DNA of 60,981 nucleotides from Anaerolineae bacterium (GTDB taxonomy: Bacteria; Chloroflexota; Anaerolineae; Anaerolineales; Villigracilaceae), in NCBI GenBank assembly GCA_041488995.1, contig JBGPQJ010000001.1, positions 1 to 60,981 of the forward strand. The letters are read 5' to 3'. Each line of letters opens with the position of its first letter. The first letter of the stretch is position 1. The notes beneath the pieces are model-generated. The model made no database searches, was not told the DNA's origin, and worked only from the letters and a program-made list of their open reading frames with translations. Position numbers and translations under genes: made by a program. Of this stretch, positions 9,599 through 18,976 are shown piece after piece.

Positions 9599-11020
9599 TT
9601 ATTCGAAGCTGTTCAGGTAATCCAGCAAAAGCCGAACACCGAATCCCGTCGCGCCCTTGGGACAATACGGCATGTCTTTTTCCGTGTCCGCCACGCCGGC
9701 AATGTCGATATGTGCCCAGGGGACATCATCGGAGACGAATTGCTTTAGGAAGATCCCACCGATGACGGGATGGGCTTTTCTCGCACCAGAGTTCTTCATG
9801 TCGCTGTCATCGCCTTTGATGAGCTCAAAATATTCATCATCAAGTGGCAGCCGCCAAAGGCGTTCAAAGGAGCGCTCACCGGATGCCGCCAGGGCTTCTG
9901 CCAGCGATTCGTTATTGGCCATGAAACCTGCCCGGACTGATCCAAGTGCGACCACGACCCCACTGGTCAGAGTTGCCAGATCCACCATGGCACGCGGCTC
10001 AAAATTCTTCTGAGCAAAAGACAGCGCATCGCACAGTACCAGCCGCCCTTCGGCATCTGCCGAGATGATTTCAATCGTTTTACCATTCAACGTCTTTACG
10101 ATGTCATTTGGTCGGTATGATCCTCCGGAAATCATGTTTTCGGCAGCGGCGACAACCCCGACCAGGGGAGTTTTCAATCCGAGCCGTGCGGCGGCGACCA
10201 ATGTCGCAATCACGGTCATCCCGCCTGATTTGTCATATTTCATCCCAACCATGCCTTCGCCGGTCTTGATACTGTAACCACCGGTGTCAAAAGTAATCGC
10301 CTTGCCTACCAACGCGACCGGTTTTTCTTTAGACTTCCCTGCATATTCCAACACGATCAGGCGTGATGGAGTTGCCGAGCCTTTTCCAACGGCCACGATG
10401 GCACCCGCTCCCATCTCGGAGAGTTGCTTATCGTCGAAAACCAGACAGCGCAATCCAACTTCAGCCGCCAGCTTCTGAACACGCTCGGCAAGTGTGACCG
10501 GATTGATGACATTCGGAGGTTCATGCGCCCATTCGCGTGAAAGATTCACAGCTTCAGCAGTGACTGCTGCTCGTTCCACGACGGGTTCCAGCACACCCGC
10601 ATCCTGGTCCTTGCTTACCAGCAGGTTCACCACGGACGCAGTTTCATCATTACCTGATTTATAGCGTCCGAAAGTAAACGCACCAAGCAGGAGCCCTTCC
10701 ACTAATGCTGCAGTGCCTGAATTGAGGGGTAGTTTGCTTTCTGTCAGGGAAGCAAGGTCAATGCCTGCTTCGCTGACTGCGTTTTTCGCAACCCATTTGG
10801 CAATCGCACCGCCAGCGCGCCTGGCCATTTCAAGATCGACCTTTTCCAACTTGCCCAGTGAGACAATAGCTGTCTTGTCTGCCGGGTTCAATCGGATTTC
10901 CCCGGCTTCTTTTCCCGCGGAATCATAGGTCACTTTTTCCGGGGCGGCAGCAAATCTGAATACCAACCCCCCTTTCCATTCAGACGATTTTATAAGATTG
11001 ACAGATAGGTTTCCAGGCAT
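9599..11020 (-). CDS. pepA: leucyl aminopeptidase (M17 family)
   Basis: 473 aa. VGKAITFDTGGYSIK, MKYDKSGG and DAEGRLVLCDAL are M17 active-site motifs. Confidence 0.9.
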   Translation of the reverse strand: MPGNLSVNLIKSSEWKGGLVFRFAAAPEKVTYDSAGKEAGEIRLNPADKTAIVSLGKLEKVDLEMARRAGGAIAKWVAKNAVSEAGIDLASLTESKLPLNSGTAALVEGLLLGAFTFGRYKSGNDETASVVNLLVSKDQDAGVLEPVVERAAVTAEAVNLSREWAHEPPNVINPVTLAERVQKLAAEVGLRCLVFDDKQLSEMGAGAIVAVGKGSATPSRLIVLEYAGKSKEKPVALVGKAITFDTGGYSIKTGEGMVGMKYDKSGGMTVIATLVAAARLGLKTPLVGVVAAAENMISGGSYRPNDIVKTLNGKTIEIISADAEGRLVLCDALSFAQKNFEPRAMVDLATLTSGVVVALGSVRAGFMANNESLAEALAASGERSFERLWRLPLDDEYFELIKGDDSDMKNSGARKAHPVIGGIFLKQFVSDDVPWAHIDIAGVADTEKDMPYCPKGATGFGVRLLLDYLNSFE

Positions 11021-11079
11021 GATATTCTCCTCAGCAATTCTTATATCAAGTTTTTGGCATCAAAACACTCGTGTATTTC

Positions 11080-11724
11080 CTAAAAAATATACGGGATGAA
11101 TAATTTAACTCGTTTCTTGTACTCTGCGAATTCGGGGTAGCGGCTTAGCGATTTTTCCTTTCGTTTGATATTGGGACCCCAGATCAAAACCAAGTAAAGT
11201 GCGATCACCGCGAAGGGGATCCAGTTCACTGCCAGCAGGGCATAAGATCCATAAATCAGGAATTCACCGAAGTAATTTATATTTCGAGAATATGCCATCA
11301 ATCCATCGGTGATCAATTTACCCGGGTTGTACTTGAGCTCGATATACTTCTGCATATCTGACGTGTAATGGAGGAATACCCCAAAAATGTAGATGACCAG
11401 CGCCAGCGCGAGATACCATGGCGCGACCTTTATCCCTCGCGATGTGATCAGCCACGGGGTGATCCAGTAAAGGGACAGACCAGCCCAAATATATAATCCA
11501 TTCCACAAGCTGCATTTTTGTTCCCATTGTTTATCGGGAAAAATACGGCTTTTCATTACCCACATCAACCCATATAAACCGTGCATGGCAAGGTAGACCC
11601 AGGCAGTGGCATTGCCCCACTGGTGATAGATTGCCATCATGGTCAATATGAAAATAAAAGTTACTCCTTTATGACTGTCGATGAAAAACTTTTGCTTCAT
11701 GGGCTGCTCCTGACTGAAATCCAA
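11080..11724 (-). CDS. DUF1295 / steroid-5-alpha-reductase / ICMT-like membrane protein
   Basis: 214 aa, polytopic. SRNINYFGEFLIYGSYALL matches the RHPNYFGE-type C-terminal motif of this superfamily. Confidence 0.65.
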   Translation of the reverse strand: MDFSQEQPMKQKFFIDSHKGVTFIFILTMMAIYHQWGNATAWVYLAMHGLYGLMWVMKSRIFPDKQWEQKCSLWNGLYIWAGLSLYWITPWLITSRGIKVAPWYLALALVIYIFGVFLHYTSDMQKYIELKYNPGKLITDGLMAYSRNINYFGEFLIYGSYALLAVNWIPFAVIALYLVLIWGPNIKRKEKSLSRYPEFAEYKKRVKLFIPYIF

Positions 11725-11801
11725 GTTGGCAATTCCGGTGGGATCGATAATACTTTAAAAATAGTGACTATCTTATGACGAAATGATGTGAGTACGGATC
11801 A

Positions 11802-12044
11802 TCAGTGTACCTTATGAGGCGATGTGTTTCGATCACAAAGCTGGAAGAATTCATTAGCATCTTTTGCCCTGGCTATCAAATTGGGAAGCTGTTGCTCAGT
11901 AACCTGTTTCGCACCACAGCCCGAACAGGTAATATAAGAATCAATCATTTCCTCGTCGGTAAGTGCATCAACCAGAGCTTTTGCAACTAGCTTTTTCTTG
12001 TATTGACGCTCCCTGAGTTCTTGTGCCAATTCGTGCTTGAGCAT
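11802..12044 (-). CDS. hypothetical 80-aa protein, distal gene of a two-ORF cassette
   Basis: Its ATG overlaps the stop of the upstream small RHH ORF (TAATG). Predicted to be helical and acidic, with a CSGCG motif. No family recognised. Confidence 0.45.
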   Translation of the reverse strand: MLKHELAQELRERQYKKKLVAKALVDALTDEEMIDSYITCSGCGAKQVTEQQLPNLIARAKDANEFFQLCDRNTSPHKVH

Positions 12045-12184
12045 TATTTCACGTCCTCTTGTTTAGCCTTCTCGCGTATCAGGACTTCCAGCATAGCCGT
12101 TTGGCTAATGCTGTACTTCTCGGCCAGCTTCGCCAGCAACTGCTTGGCTTGTTCGGATAGGGTGTAACTCGTTCGTTTTTTCAA
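12044..12184 (-). CDS. ribbon-helix-helix (CopG/Arc-like) small DNA-binding protein, 46 aa, not in the ORF track
   Basis: My manual translation of the minus strand gives (TTG)KKRTSYTLSEQAKQLLAKLAEKYSISQTAMLEVLIREKAKQEDVK. The pattern is a short beta strand followed by two helices, as in RHH proteins. An alternative in-frame TTG start lies at 12220. Confidence 0.5.
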   Translation of the reverse strand: MKKRTSYTLSEQAKQLLAKLAEKYSISQTAMLEVLIREKAKQEDVK

Positions 12185-12314
12185 ACTGCCTATAGTAGCG
12201 CATATTCGTAGTACAGCCAACCCCTCTTTTGGCTAAAGCTTGCGAGAAACCCGCCTATCCAGCTTGACTAAAGCCCGGAGGCTTGCGGCGGGTACCGCTC
12301 CGGTCACTACTGGG

Positions 12315-12902
12315 TCAAAGAATTTTATATATTGTCGAATGACCTCCGGGAGATTGAACCAGAATATCGATGTAGAACGGATCGCCAAATGCAATTCCAT
12401 CGGGACCGTAGGCTTGCCATGTGCTTCGATAAATTCTATTTTCGGGTGGGGCAATGAAGATGATTCGTAGTTCTGCCTGTGTACCGGGGCGTGCCGGGTA
12501 GAGGGCAAGTTCCACGGGGGCACCAAGTTGATCACCGCTTGCCAGTCGCAACCTGTAGCGAGAATCCCAGCTGCAGGTCCCGTTGTTTTCTACTCGCCAG
12601 ATTTTTTCAATTTTTTCGCCTGATCTGACTACGGTTCCATCAGGGATTGTGATGTCTTCGATGAACCGCAAACTATTGGAGCATGTGGTCAAGTCGCCGG
12701 AAAACCCGGGGAGGATGGGAGGAGAGGGCGTATCGCCAATGGCGGTCGGCTGTGGGGGCGGCGTGTAAACAGCTGCGCCAACTGTCGCGGCAGCAGTACC
12801 GCTGACCGGCGGGACAAAGGGAGAATCCGTCTTCTGCGGAGTGCAGGCATTAACCCAAAGAACCAGTGCGAGAATAGTGACTGCTAAGGAAATCATTCTC
12901 AC
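12315..12902 (-). CDS. lipoprotein with NBR1-like Ig-fold domain
   Basis: Signal peptide with lipobox (LVLWVNAC), then a Pro-rich linker. FIEDITIPDGTVVRSGEKIEKIWRVENNGTCSW...LRLASGDQLG resembles the NBR1/FW-type domain. The true start may be the ATG at 12896. Confidence 0.6.
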   Translation of the reverse strand: MRMISLAVTILALVLWVNACTPQKTDSPFVPPVSGTAAATVGAAVYTPPPQPTAIGDTPSPPILPGFSGDLTTCSNSLRFIEDITIPDGTVVRSGEKIEKIWRVENNGTCSWDSRYRLRLASGDQLGAPVELALYPARPGTQAELRIIFIAPPENRIYRSTWQAYGPDGIAFGDPFYIDILVQSPGGHSTIYKIL

Positions 12903-12953
12903 GCTGGCTCTCCTTTTGGGAAATGACTGAAATATTGTTATAGACTGAGAAGA

Positions 12954-14048
12954 TTATTCTTCATCGCCACCGCTATCGTCTTCGGTGGAGCCGCCAATTG
13001 GCAGGACGAGTTCGCCGCCGAGTGCCTTCTGGCGGATAACCGTCTCGATCTCATTGGACACATCCGGGTTCTGACGCAGGAACTCCTTGGAGTTTTCGCG
13101 TCCCTGACCCAAGCGCAGGTCACCATAGGAGAAGAAGGCACCCCGTTTCTGGATGATCTCAAGCTGGGTGGCAAGGTCTAGAATGTCACCGGCTTTGGAG
13201 ATGCCTTCGTTGTACATGATGTCAAATTCTGCGGTTCGGAAAGGCGGGGCAACCTTATTTTTCACGACACGGACCCGCGTGCGATTACCGATAATTTCCG
13301 CGCCTAGTTTGATCGCCTGGATACGACGCACATCCAACCTGATTGATGCATAGAATTTCAATGCCTGACCACCGGTTGTAGTCTCCGGATTACCAAACAT
13401 CACGCCGATCTTCAGGCGCAACTGGTTGGTGAAGACCACCGAGGTTTTTGTCTGGTTGATGGCGCCGGACAGCTTTCGCAACGCCTGGGACATGAGTCTC
13501 GCCTGGACACCCATCGTCGCATCGCCCATATCGCCTTCCAGTTCGGAACGCGGGACAAGTGCGGCGACTGAGTCGATGACGACGATATCCACCGCTCCAG
13601 AACGGACGAGGGTTTCGGTGATTTCAAGTGCCTGCTCCCCGGTATCAGGTTGGGAGACCAGCAGGTTGTCAATGTCCACACCGGTACGGGCAGCGTAAAC
13701 CGGGTCGAGCGCGTGTTCCATGTCAATATACGCCGCTGTCCCGCCCATCTTCTGGGTCTCGGCTACGATATGCTGGCAGATGGTCGTCTTGCCGGAGGAC
13801 TCAGGGCCATATATCTCAGTGATTCGACCGCGCGGAATACCGCCAACACCCAGAGCGATGTCCAACGACAAAGAACCAGTCGGGATGGCCTCGATCTTCA
13901 TGCTGTGGGCTTCTCCCAGTCTCATGATGGATCCATCGCCATAGCGTTTTATAATATCTCCGAGAGCCTTATCAAGTACGGCGCGTTTTGCGTCGTCCAT
14001 CAGAGGTTGGGAAGGAATGGGTTCATGGGGTGAGGATTTGCGTGCCAT
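12954..14048 (-). CDS. recA: recombinase RecA
   Basis: [16 protein letters not shown] (Walker A), VVIDSVAAL, and full-length colinear RecA sequence with an acidic C-terminal tail. Confidence 0.97.
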   Translation of the reverse strand: MARKSSPHEPIPSQPLMDDAKRAVLDKALGDIIKRYGDGSIMRLGEAHSMKIEAIPTGSLSLDIALGVGGIPRGRITEIYGPESSGKTTICQHIVAETQKMGGTAAYIDMEHALDPVYAARTGVDIDNLLVSQPDTGEQALEITETLVRSGAVDIVVIDSVAALVPRSELEGDMGDATMGVQARLMSQALRKLSGAINQTKTSVVFTNQLRLKIGVMFGNPETTTGGQALKFYASIRLDVRRIQAIKLGAEIIGNRTRVRVVKNKVAPPFRTAEFDIMYNEGISKAGDILDLATQLEIIQKRGAFFSYGDLRLGQGRENSKEFLRQNPDVSNEIETVIRQKALGGELVLPIGGSTEDDSGGDEE

Positions 14049-14125
14049 ATTTTCTTCTCCATAATTTTGTTTAAAGGTAACTATTTGTCTAAAGCGAGTT
14101 CAGTATAGCACAGATGTTCAGTAAG

Positions 14126-15256
14126 TCAAGGGGTGGGGGTTAAAGAGTCCAAACCTGGAATTGGCGGTGGATCATCAAAGAATCCCTTGAAGCCTTTGAA
14201 TTTGAAGTAGGTCACCTGTCCGGGAGCGATAACTACTTCATGATCAAAGAGTGAACCGAGGTAGGGGACCAGCACCCGGTACCGGCCGGCAGGCAGGTCG
14301 CTCAGGACAAGGTTTTCCCCGTAATAGTCATCCGGTTGGACAGCTTCTTTCCCGTAAGTATACACGGACCAACTCTGGTTGTTATCCATCGATTGCACGA
14401 AAACCTTTTGACCGTCATGCAGTGCACCATATGTTGTAAGGACACTTCCAACCAGCACGCCCCAACCTTGCGGTGGCACCAGCCATAATTCCGGGTTCCG
14501 GGTGGCAAAATAGCTGTCGATATCTATGCGGACTTCAAAATGCAGGTGGGGACCGGTCGTAAATCCGGTATCTCCGACCAACCCGATTTGTTGTCCAGTG
14601 TCCACCCACTGGCCTTCGGTAACTTCAATTTCACTGAGATGTGCATAGACGGTAAGAAGCGCTTTTCCCTTATACCCAAAATCATGTCGGATAACGACTG
14701 CTTGTCCGTAAGGATCCTTCGTATTGGATTTACGTTGGCTGTAGAGGCCGTATCCAGCCCAAACGACAGTGCCAGGCGCAGCTGCAAGCACCGGCGTACC
14801 ATAATCGGCAGGAATGTCGATGCCTGTGTGGACAATGTCTGTATCCTGGAACAATCCTCCATAGCGGTAATCCGGGAGAATAAAATCGATATGGTTGGCT
14901 GCGATGGGACGTACGAAGAAAAAATGGTCAGTCGGGGATACCGCCCATGGAACCGGGTAGAGGGGCGGACGCCATGCGGATACCGGCTCCCCATTTGATT
15001 GGGGTAAAACGAATTGCAGTGTTGACTCCGGGGTAACAGCCAGACTAGGAGTCGAATTAGGAGTAGGACAGTTGTTCTCCGGGCAGAGCGGGATGGAAGT
15101 CAGCAGAGGAGTCAGGTCTGGCTCGGGAGTGAAGGAATCTTGAGTGATGGGTGAACTCGCAACTGGCAGGGTTTGATTCACCTGTTCTGCGGATGTCGGT
15201 GCACAGGATGCCAGGAATATACTTAAAACAATAAAAGGAAAATTGCGTATCTTCAT
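14126..15256 (-). CDS. M23 family (LytM-type) metallopeptidase, secreted
   Basis: Signal peptide/lipobox (LASC). HTGIDIPADYGTPVLAAAPGTV and GDTGFTTGPHLHFEV are M23 zinc-ligand motifs. Confidence 0.85.
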   Translation of the reverse strand: MKIRNFPFIVLSIFLASCAPTSAEQVNQTLPVASSPITQDSFTPEPDLTPLLTSIPLCPENNCPTPNSTPSLAVTPESTLQFVLPQSNGEPVSAWRPPLYPVPWAVSPTDHFFFVRPIAANHIDFILPDYRYGGLFQDTDIVHTGIDIPADYGTPVLAAAPGTVVWAGYGLYSQRKSNTKDPYGQAVVIRHDFGYKGKALLTVYAHLSEIEVTEGQWVDTGQQIGLVGDTGFTTGPHLHFEVRIDIDSYFATRNPELWLVPPQGWGVLVGSVLTTYGALHDGQKVFVQSMDNNQSWSVYTYGKEAVQPDDYYGENLVLSDLPAGRYRVLVPYLGSLFDHEVVIAPGQVTYFKFKGFKGFFDDPPPIPGLDSLTPTP

Positions 15257-15258
15257 GA

Positions 15259-17109
15259 TTAAGGCGCAGTAGTAAATGTGGGTCGGGGTGTCTCCGTCCG
15301 AGTTGGTGTGGGTGTTTTGTATCCCCAGGGGGTGCGGGTTGGCGTGAAGGTGGGAGGAATTACAGCGGTAGCGGTGACGAGTACTTCAGGCGGATATATC
15401 TCAAGCATGGCGCGCTCCCAGTCCAGTCCATTGGTAAGCGCAAATTCATTAAAACGCGTTCCTTTAAAATAAGTACGCCAATTGTCCAGCGCGGGTAACC
15501 TTTCCCACCCATAGTCTCCGGCTAATTCTGTGAGGTCCACCCAATAGCCAGAAGGGATGTCGTCCATCAATCGTCCGCCCTGATCATAGGAAACGGGATC
15601 AAGATTGTAGCGTGCGTTCAAGTCCCACGGATGATGAACAAGCGGTTCTCCCTGTGAACCATCCTGCGCGCTCGGGCGAAGGTAAACATGCCAGTATACA
15701 TAATTTCCAAAATTCTCACGAACCACCAACAACCAGCCAGCATTCATCAGGACAGGGTTTAGCGCAAACGCACGACCTGTGTAAAGCCAATCCTTTCCCA
15801 GGGCTGGATCGGGAGGCGAAGTGAGGGGTACGAAGGCGTTCTCCAAGTTGGCGAGCACATCCCAACCTGTTTCCCGGATCAATCGCTGGCGCAGGGCAAC
15901 AAAAGCTTCATTGGTCATATCGTTCAATTGAGGGTAGGGTGCTTGCACATTCTTCAATGGAACCAGCCCAACACGCCCCGGTGGTATATTCTTGCCAACA
16001 CTCTCCAGCGCAGGTGTCCAAATGGGGGTCGGATCTACAGCAGCTTGTTTTATCGTTTCCGGCAGCAGGCTTGGCAGGACAAGTGTTCCCAAGCTGAAAC
16101 CTTGTAACATCCCCGGGAGAGGGGTCAATGGTAAAGCAAGCAACCCCTTCACATCATATGCTGTCAAATAGGTATCATTGGGCGTGGTCAAACTAGTGGC
16201 AACTTCACCCTTGCTCGATGACCAGACTGGCTGGTCGCCAGCTCCCAGGTAAAAAGGAAGGGATCCGGGTTGGGATAGGTCGAAGGAGTAGATACCTGCC
16301 GCAGCATTTCCGCCCGAACTGGACCACGCCAATCGCGTTCCATCTCCCGACCAGGCAGGGTGGGATTCGTCGCCCTGAGGTCGATTGCTGGCATTGATGA
16401 ATTGTCCGGAACCCGCCTGATCCAGATTCGCCACCCAAATTTCATCATTTCCGGTTCGATTTGAAACAAACGCTACTTGCCTGCCCTGAGGGGACCAGAC
16501 CGGGGAGTTGTCTGCAAATGCATCACTTGTCAGTTGAATAGGAGCCTGGTCTGGATCAACCGCCGAGCGAATCTGGATGTCGAGATATCCGTTTTCGTAG
16601 GTTTCGTAAACAAGCCATTGACCATCAGGTGACCAGGAAGGGGAAGCATCATACGCAAGCGAATCCGTGATGCGCGTTGTGGCGCCGTTATCGAGATCCA
16701 GGATGTAAATATCAAAAAAACCGTTACGGCGCGAAGCAAATGCAATCCGCTTTCCATCGGGGCTGATGGCGGGGGTGATATCATCCCAGGTCCCATTGGT
16801 GATGCGGCGCAGGGGGACTGCCTGAGGAGAAAAAATGAAAAGGTGCTGAAAGCCATTGTCCGCCAGAGAAAGCACAAAGTACTCATCCGCACCCGGTGGC
16901 AGGGTAGGGGACGATAAGGTGTTGGTGGGGATGAAAGTCGCAGTGGGCGTTTGTGTCGGTGTGGTGGAAGGAGTCAGGGTGCGACTTGGAACAACCAAGG
17001 TTTGTGTAAGTGTAGGTTCAGGCAGAGTCGGTGAGCAAGCCTGTACAACCAACAAGACTACCGGCAAAAATAAAAATCTGACAGGAATTTTTCCAGGGTG
17101 ATGATTCAT
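15259..17109 (-). CDS. PD40/TolB-like beta-propeller protein with a C-terminal domain of unknown function
   Basis: Start reassigned to MNHHPGK (ATG 17109), because the track ORF overlaps the upstream gene. Signal peptide, PT-rich linker, and repeated PD40 motifs (PAISPDGKRIAF, PSWSPDGQWLVY, PVWSPQGRQVAF, PAWSGDGTRLAW). A C-terminal domain of about 250 aa is unassigned. Confidence 0.75.
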   Translation of the reverse strand: MNHHPGKIPVRFLFLPVVLLVVQACSPTLPEPTLTQTLVVPSRTLTPSTTPTQTPTATFIPTNTLSSPTLPPGADEYFVLSLADNGFQHLFIFSPQAVPLRRITNGTWDDITPAISPDGKRIAFASRRNGFFDIYILDLDNGATTRITDSLAYDASPSWSPDGQWLVYETYENGYLDIQIRSAVDPDQAPIQLTSDAFADNSPVWSPQGRQVAFVSNRTGNDEIWVANLDQAGSGQFINASNRPQGDESHPAWSGDGTRLAWSSSGGNAAAGIYSFDLSQPGSLPFYLGAGDQPVWSSSKGEVATSLTTPNDTYLTAYDVKGLLALPLTPLPGMLQGFSLGTLVLPSLLPETIKQAAVDPTPIWTPALESVGKNIPPGRVGLVPLKNVQAPYPQLNDMTNEAFVALRQRLIRETGWDVLANLENAFVPLTSPPDPALGKDWLYTGRAFALNPVLMNAGWLLVVRENFGNYVYWHVYLRPSAQDGSQGEPLVHHPWDLNARYNLDPVSYDQGGRLMDDIPSGYWVDLTELAGDYGWERLPALDNWRTYFKGTRFNEFALTNGLDWERAMLEIYPPEVLVTATAVIPPTFTPTRTPWGYKTPTPTRTETPRPTFTTAP

Positions 17110-17128
17110 GGGATAGGTGACGGTCGTC

Positions 17129-17482
17129 TTAAGTCGCCTTGATCTCAAAATTGAACTCTTTCTGGTCAATATCCGCCTGTTCCGGGTAAAACAGCCGCGC
17201 GATAAGCTTGTACTTTCCAACAGATTCTGCGCGACGGATATGCATGGTCAATTCAATTTTGTAGTTAAGTGGTTCAATGATACTGGCAGTGGTCACTTCC
17301 TCATCTTCTGAATCAAGCATAACCAATTCCAGCCAGGGGCGTTTCTGGAAGGGCGTCATTTCCAGTGTGACCCGAACGCGTTGTCCTTCCGGATAAGGTT
17401 CCGCATGAAAACCCGTTATCCGTACTTCCTCGGGTGGCAGAGGCGTGGCTTCGGTGCTATCGAAGAAGAAGGCATTGTTCAT
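17129..17482 (-). CDS. hypothetical protein (117 aa)
   Basis: ORF sits directly upstream of the TolB-like gene on the same strand. No signal peptide and no recognised motif. Confidence 0.45.
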   Translation of the reverse strand: MNNAFFFDSTEATPLPPEEVRITGFHAEPYPEGQRVRVTLEMTPFQKRPWLELVMLDSEDEEVTTASIIEPLNYKIELTMHIRRAESVGKYKLIARLFYPEQADIDQKEFNFEIKAT

Positions 17483-17499
17483 GACGTAATTATAACCAT

Positions 17500-17528
17500 A
17501 AACCCGTCCTCAAAAGGGGGACGGGTTT
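17500..17528 (-). terminator. stem-loop downstream of serC
   Basis: 10-bp stem AAACCCGTCC / GGACGGGTTT located between the serC stop and the next gene. The U-tract is weak. Confidence 0.4.
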
Positions 17529-17551
17529 GCATTTTGTGAATGAGAACGAGA

Positions 17552-18649
17552 TTACCCGTTCTTCTGTTGGAATTCTTTCATGAACTGGACAAGAGCTTGC
17601 ACTCCGACGACAGTCATCGCATTGTAAATGGAGGCCCGCAAGCCGCCGACAGATCGGTGACCTTTGAGACCAATCAGGTTGTGTTTTTTGGTGTCGACAG
17701 CGAAGGTTTTTTCCAGTTCTTCGGTTGGCAGGCGGAAGGTGACGTTCATCATGGATCGGTCTGCTTTTGCATGGCCGCGGTAGAACCCACCGCTATCATC
17801 GATGGTCTTATAGATCAAACCGGCTTTTTCCTGGTTGCGCCGCGCAATTTCGGCCAGACCACCGATTTCCTTAACCCATTTCAGCACCAGACCGACTATG
17901 TAGACGGCAAAGCAGGGTGGTGTATTGTGCATTGAACCGCTTGCTGCAAGTAATTTGTAATCGAGCATGGCGGGCAGGTTATTCGGAACACGCTCCAACA
18001 AATCGTCCCGTATGATGACAATGGTAACACCTGCAGGTCCGGCATTTTTCTGCGCCCCGGCATAGATCAAACCGTATTTCGATACATCCACCGGACGGCT
18101 GATGAAATCTGAGGATGCGTCACATATCAACGGCACATCTGCAGGTGGAATTGGTTCAGTGAAATATTCCACACCATGGACAGTTTCGTTCGAGGTGAAG
18201 TGCAGGTAGGCAGCTTTAGGATCGAGTTTTAGTTCTTCCTGGGAAGGGAGATGATTAAAGCTGCTGGCTTCGGTGTTAGCTGCTGATTTTGTCTCACCGA
18301 GTTTTTGTGCTTCTTTGAAAGCGGTTTTACTCCAGGCGCCAGTTAATATATAATCCGCTGAGACGCCTGCCGGACGAAGATTCATTGGCAGCATAGCAAA
18401 TTGCAGACTGGCTCCCCCTTGCAGGAAAAGAACTTTAAAACTCGTCGGAATTTGCATCAGGTCGCGTAAGTCCGATTCAGCAGTCTGGATGACACTCTCA
18501 AATTCCTTTGAGCGGTGGCTGATCTCCATCACTGACATTCCGGTGCCATGGAAATCCAGTAGTTCCGCTTGAGCTTGTTGCAGAACAGGCAACGGCAACC
18601 CAGACGGACCGGCATTGAAATTGTGAGCGCGTTTTAATTCAGTGGGCAT
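17552..18649 (-). CDS. serC: phosphoserine aminotransferase
   Basis: 365 aa. NFNAGPS N-terminus, FLQGGASLQF and the overall class-V aminotransferase layout are typical of SerC. Confidence 0.92.
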   Translation of the reverse strand: MPTELKRAHNFNAGPSGLPLPVLQQAQAELLDFHGTGMSVMEISHRSKEFESVIQTAESDLRDLMQIPTSFKVLFLQGGASLQFAMLPMNLRPAGVSADYILTGAWSKTAFKEAQKLGETKSAANTEASSFNHLPSQEELKLDPKAAYLHFTSNETVHGVEYFTEPIPPADVPLICDASSDFISRPVDVSKYGLIYAGAQKNAGPAGVTIVIIRDDLLERVPNNLPAMLDYKLLAASGSMHNTPPCFAVYIVGLVLKWVKEIGGLAEIARRNQEKAGLIYKTIDDSGGFYRGHAKADRSMMNVTFRLPTEELEKTFAVDTKKHNLIGLKGHRSVGGLRASIYNAMTVVGVQALVQFMKEFQQKNG

Positions 18650-18737
18650 GCTTCATCTCCTATTGGATATTTGTTATAAGTGTCGAAAGATAAACGAAAG
18701 ACCTGACGAGTGTTCTATTCGATATCTTATACACAGG

Positions 18738-18766
18738 ATTATATCCCACCGTTAATTTCTACCCAA
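18738..18766 (-). promoter_or_regulatory. candidate sigma70-type promoter for serC
   Basis: The minus strand reads TTGGGT, a 17-nt spacer, then TATAAT. This would leave a leader of roughly 80 nt before the serC ATG. Confidence 0.45.
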
Positions 18767-18851
18767 TGGATAAAAATCATCTTTTAACAAAGGTTCTAAC
18801 CGTAATAAAAGTTATAATTATTGTGTGACAAATGGCAGTGAAGGATGTCAG

Positions 18852-18880
18852 TTGACATCAGTTATACTGGTTGTTACAAT
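18852..18880 (+). promoter_or_regulatory. candidate sigma70-type promoter for the serA-like gene
   Basis: TTGACA (18852-18857), a 17-nt spacer, then TACAAT (18875-18880). The leader before ATG 18977 would be roughly 90 nt. Confidence 0.5.
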
Positions 18881-18976
18881 GCCATCGTTGTGATCGATAA
18901 AGACTTTCAGTCGGGGTATGCGGGCGGGTTCCGCGTGTGCTCCAATTTCCTCTTTTAAATGACATGGAGATGGTTC

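Noticed and set aside
11802-12044. Calling the 80-aa ORF a RelE/ParE-type toxin
   Set aside because: Its size and its position after an RHH gene fit. However, the sequence is acidic and helical and lacks the basic beta-sheet core and conserved Arg/Lys/Tyr residues of RelE/ParE as I know them. It is kept only as an uncharacterised partner.
17110-17220. N-terminal extension of the TolB-like ORF (MESTSLSRGCF...), and similar long N-terminal extensions at 24672-24719, 27977-28012, 31588-31659, 33611-33640, 46895-47026, 47779-47850 and 49312-49383
   Set aside because: The extensions overlap upstream genes or promoters and lack an RBS. Internal ATG codons are preceded by good Shine-Dalgarno sequences and give canonical signal peptides or family N-termini.
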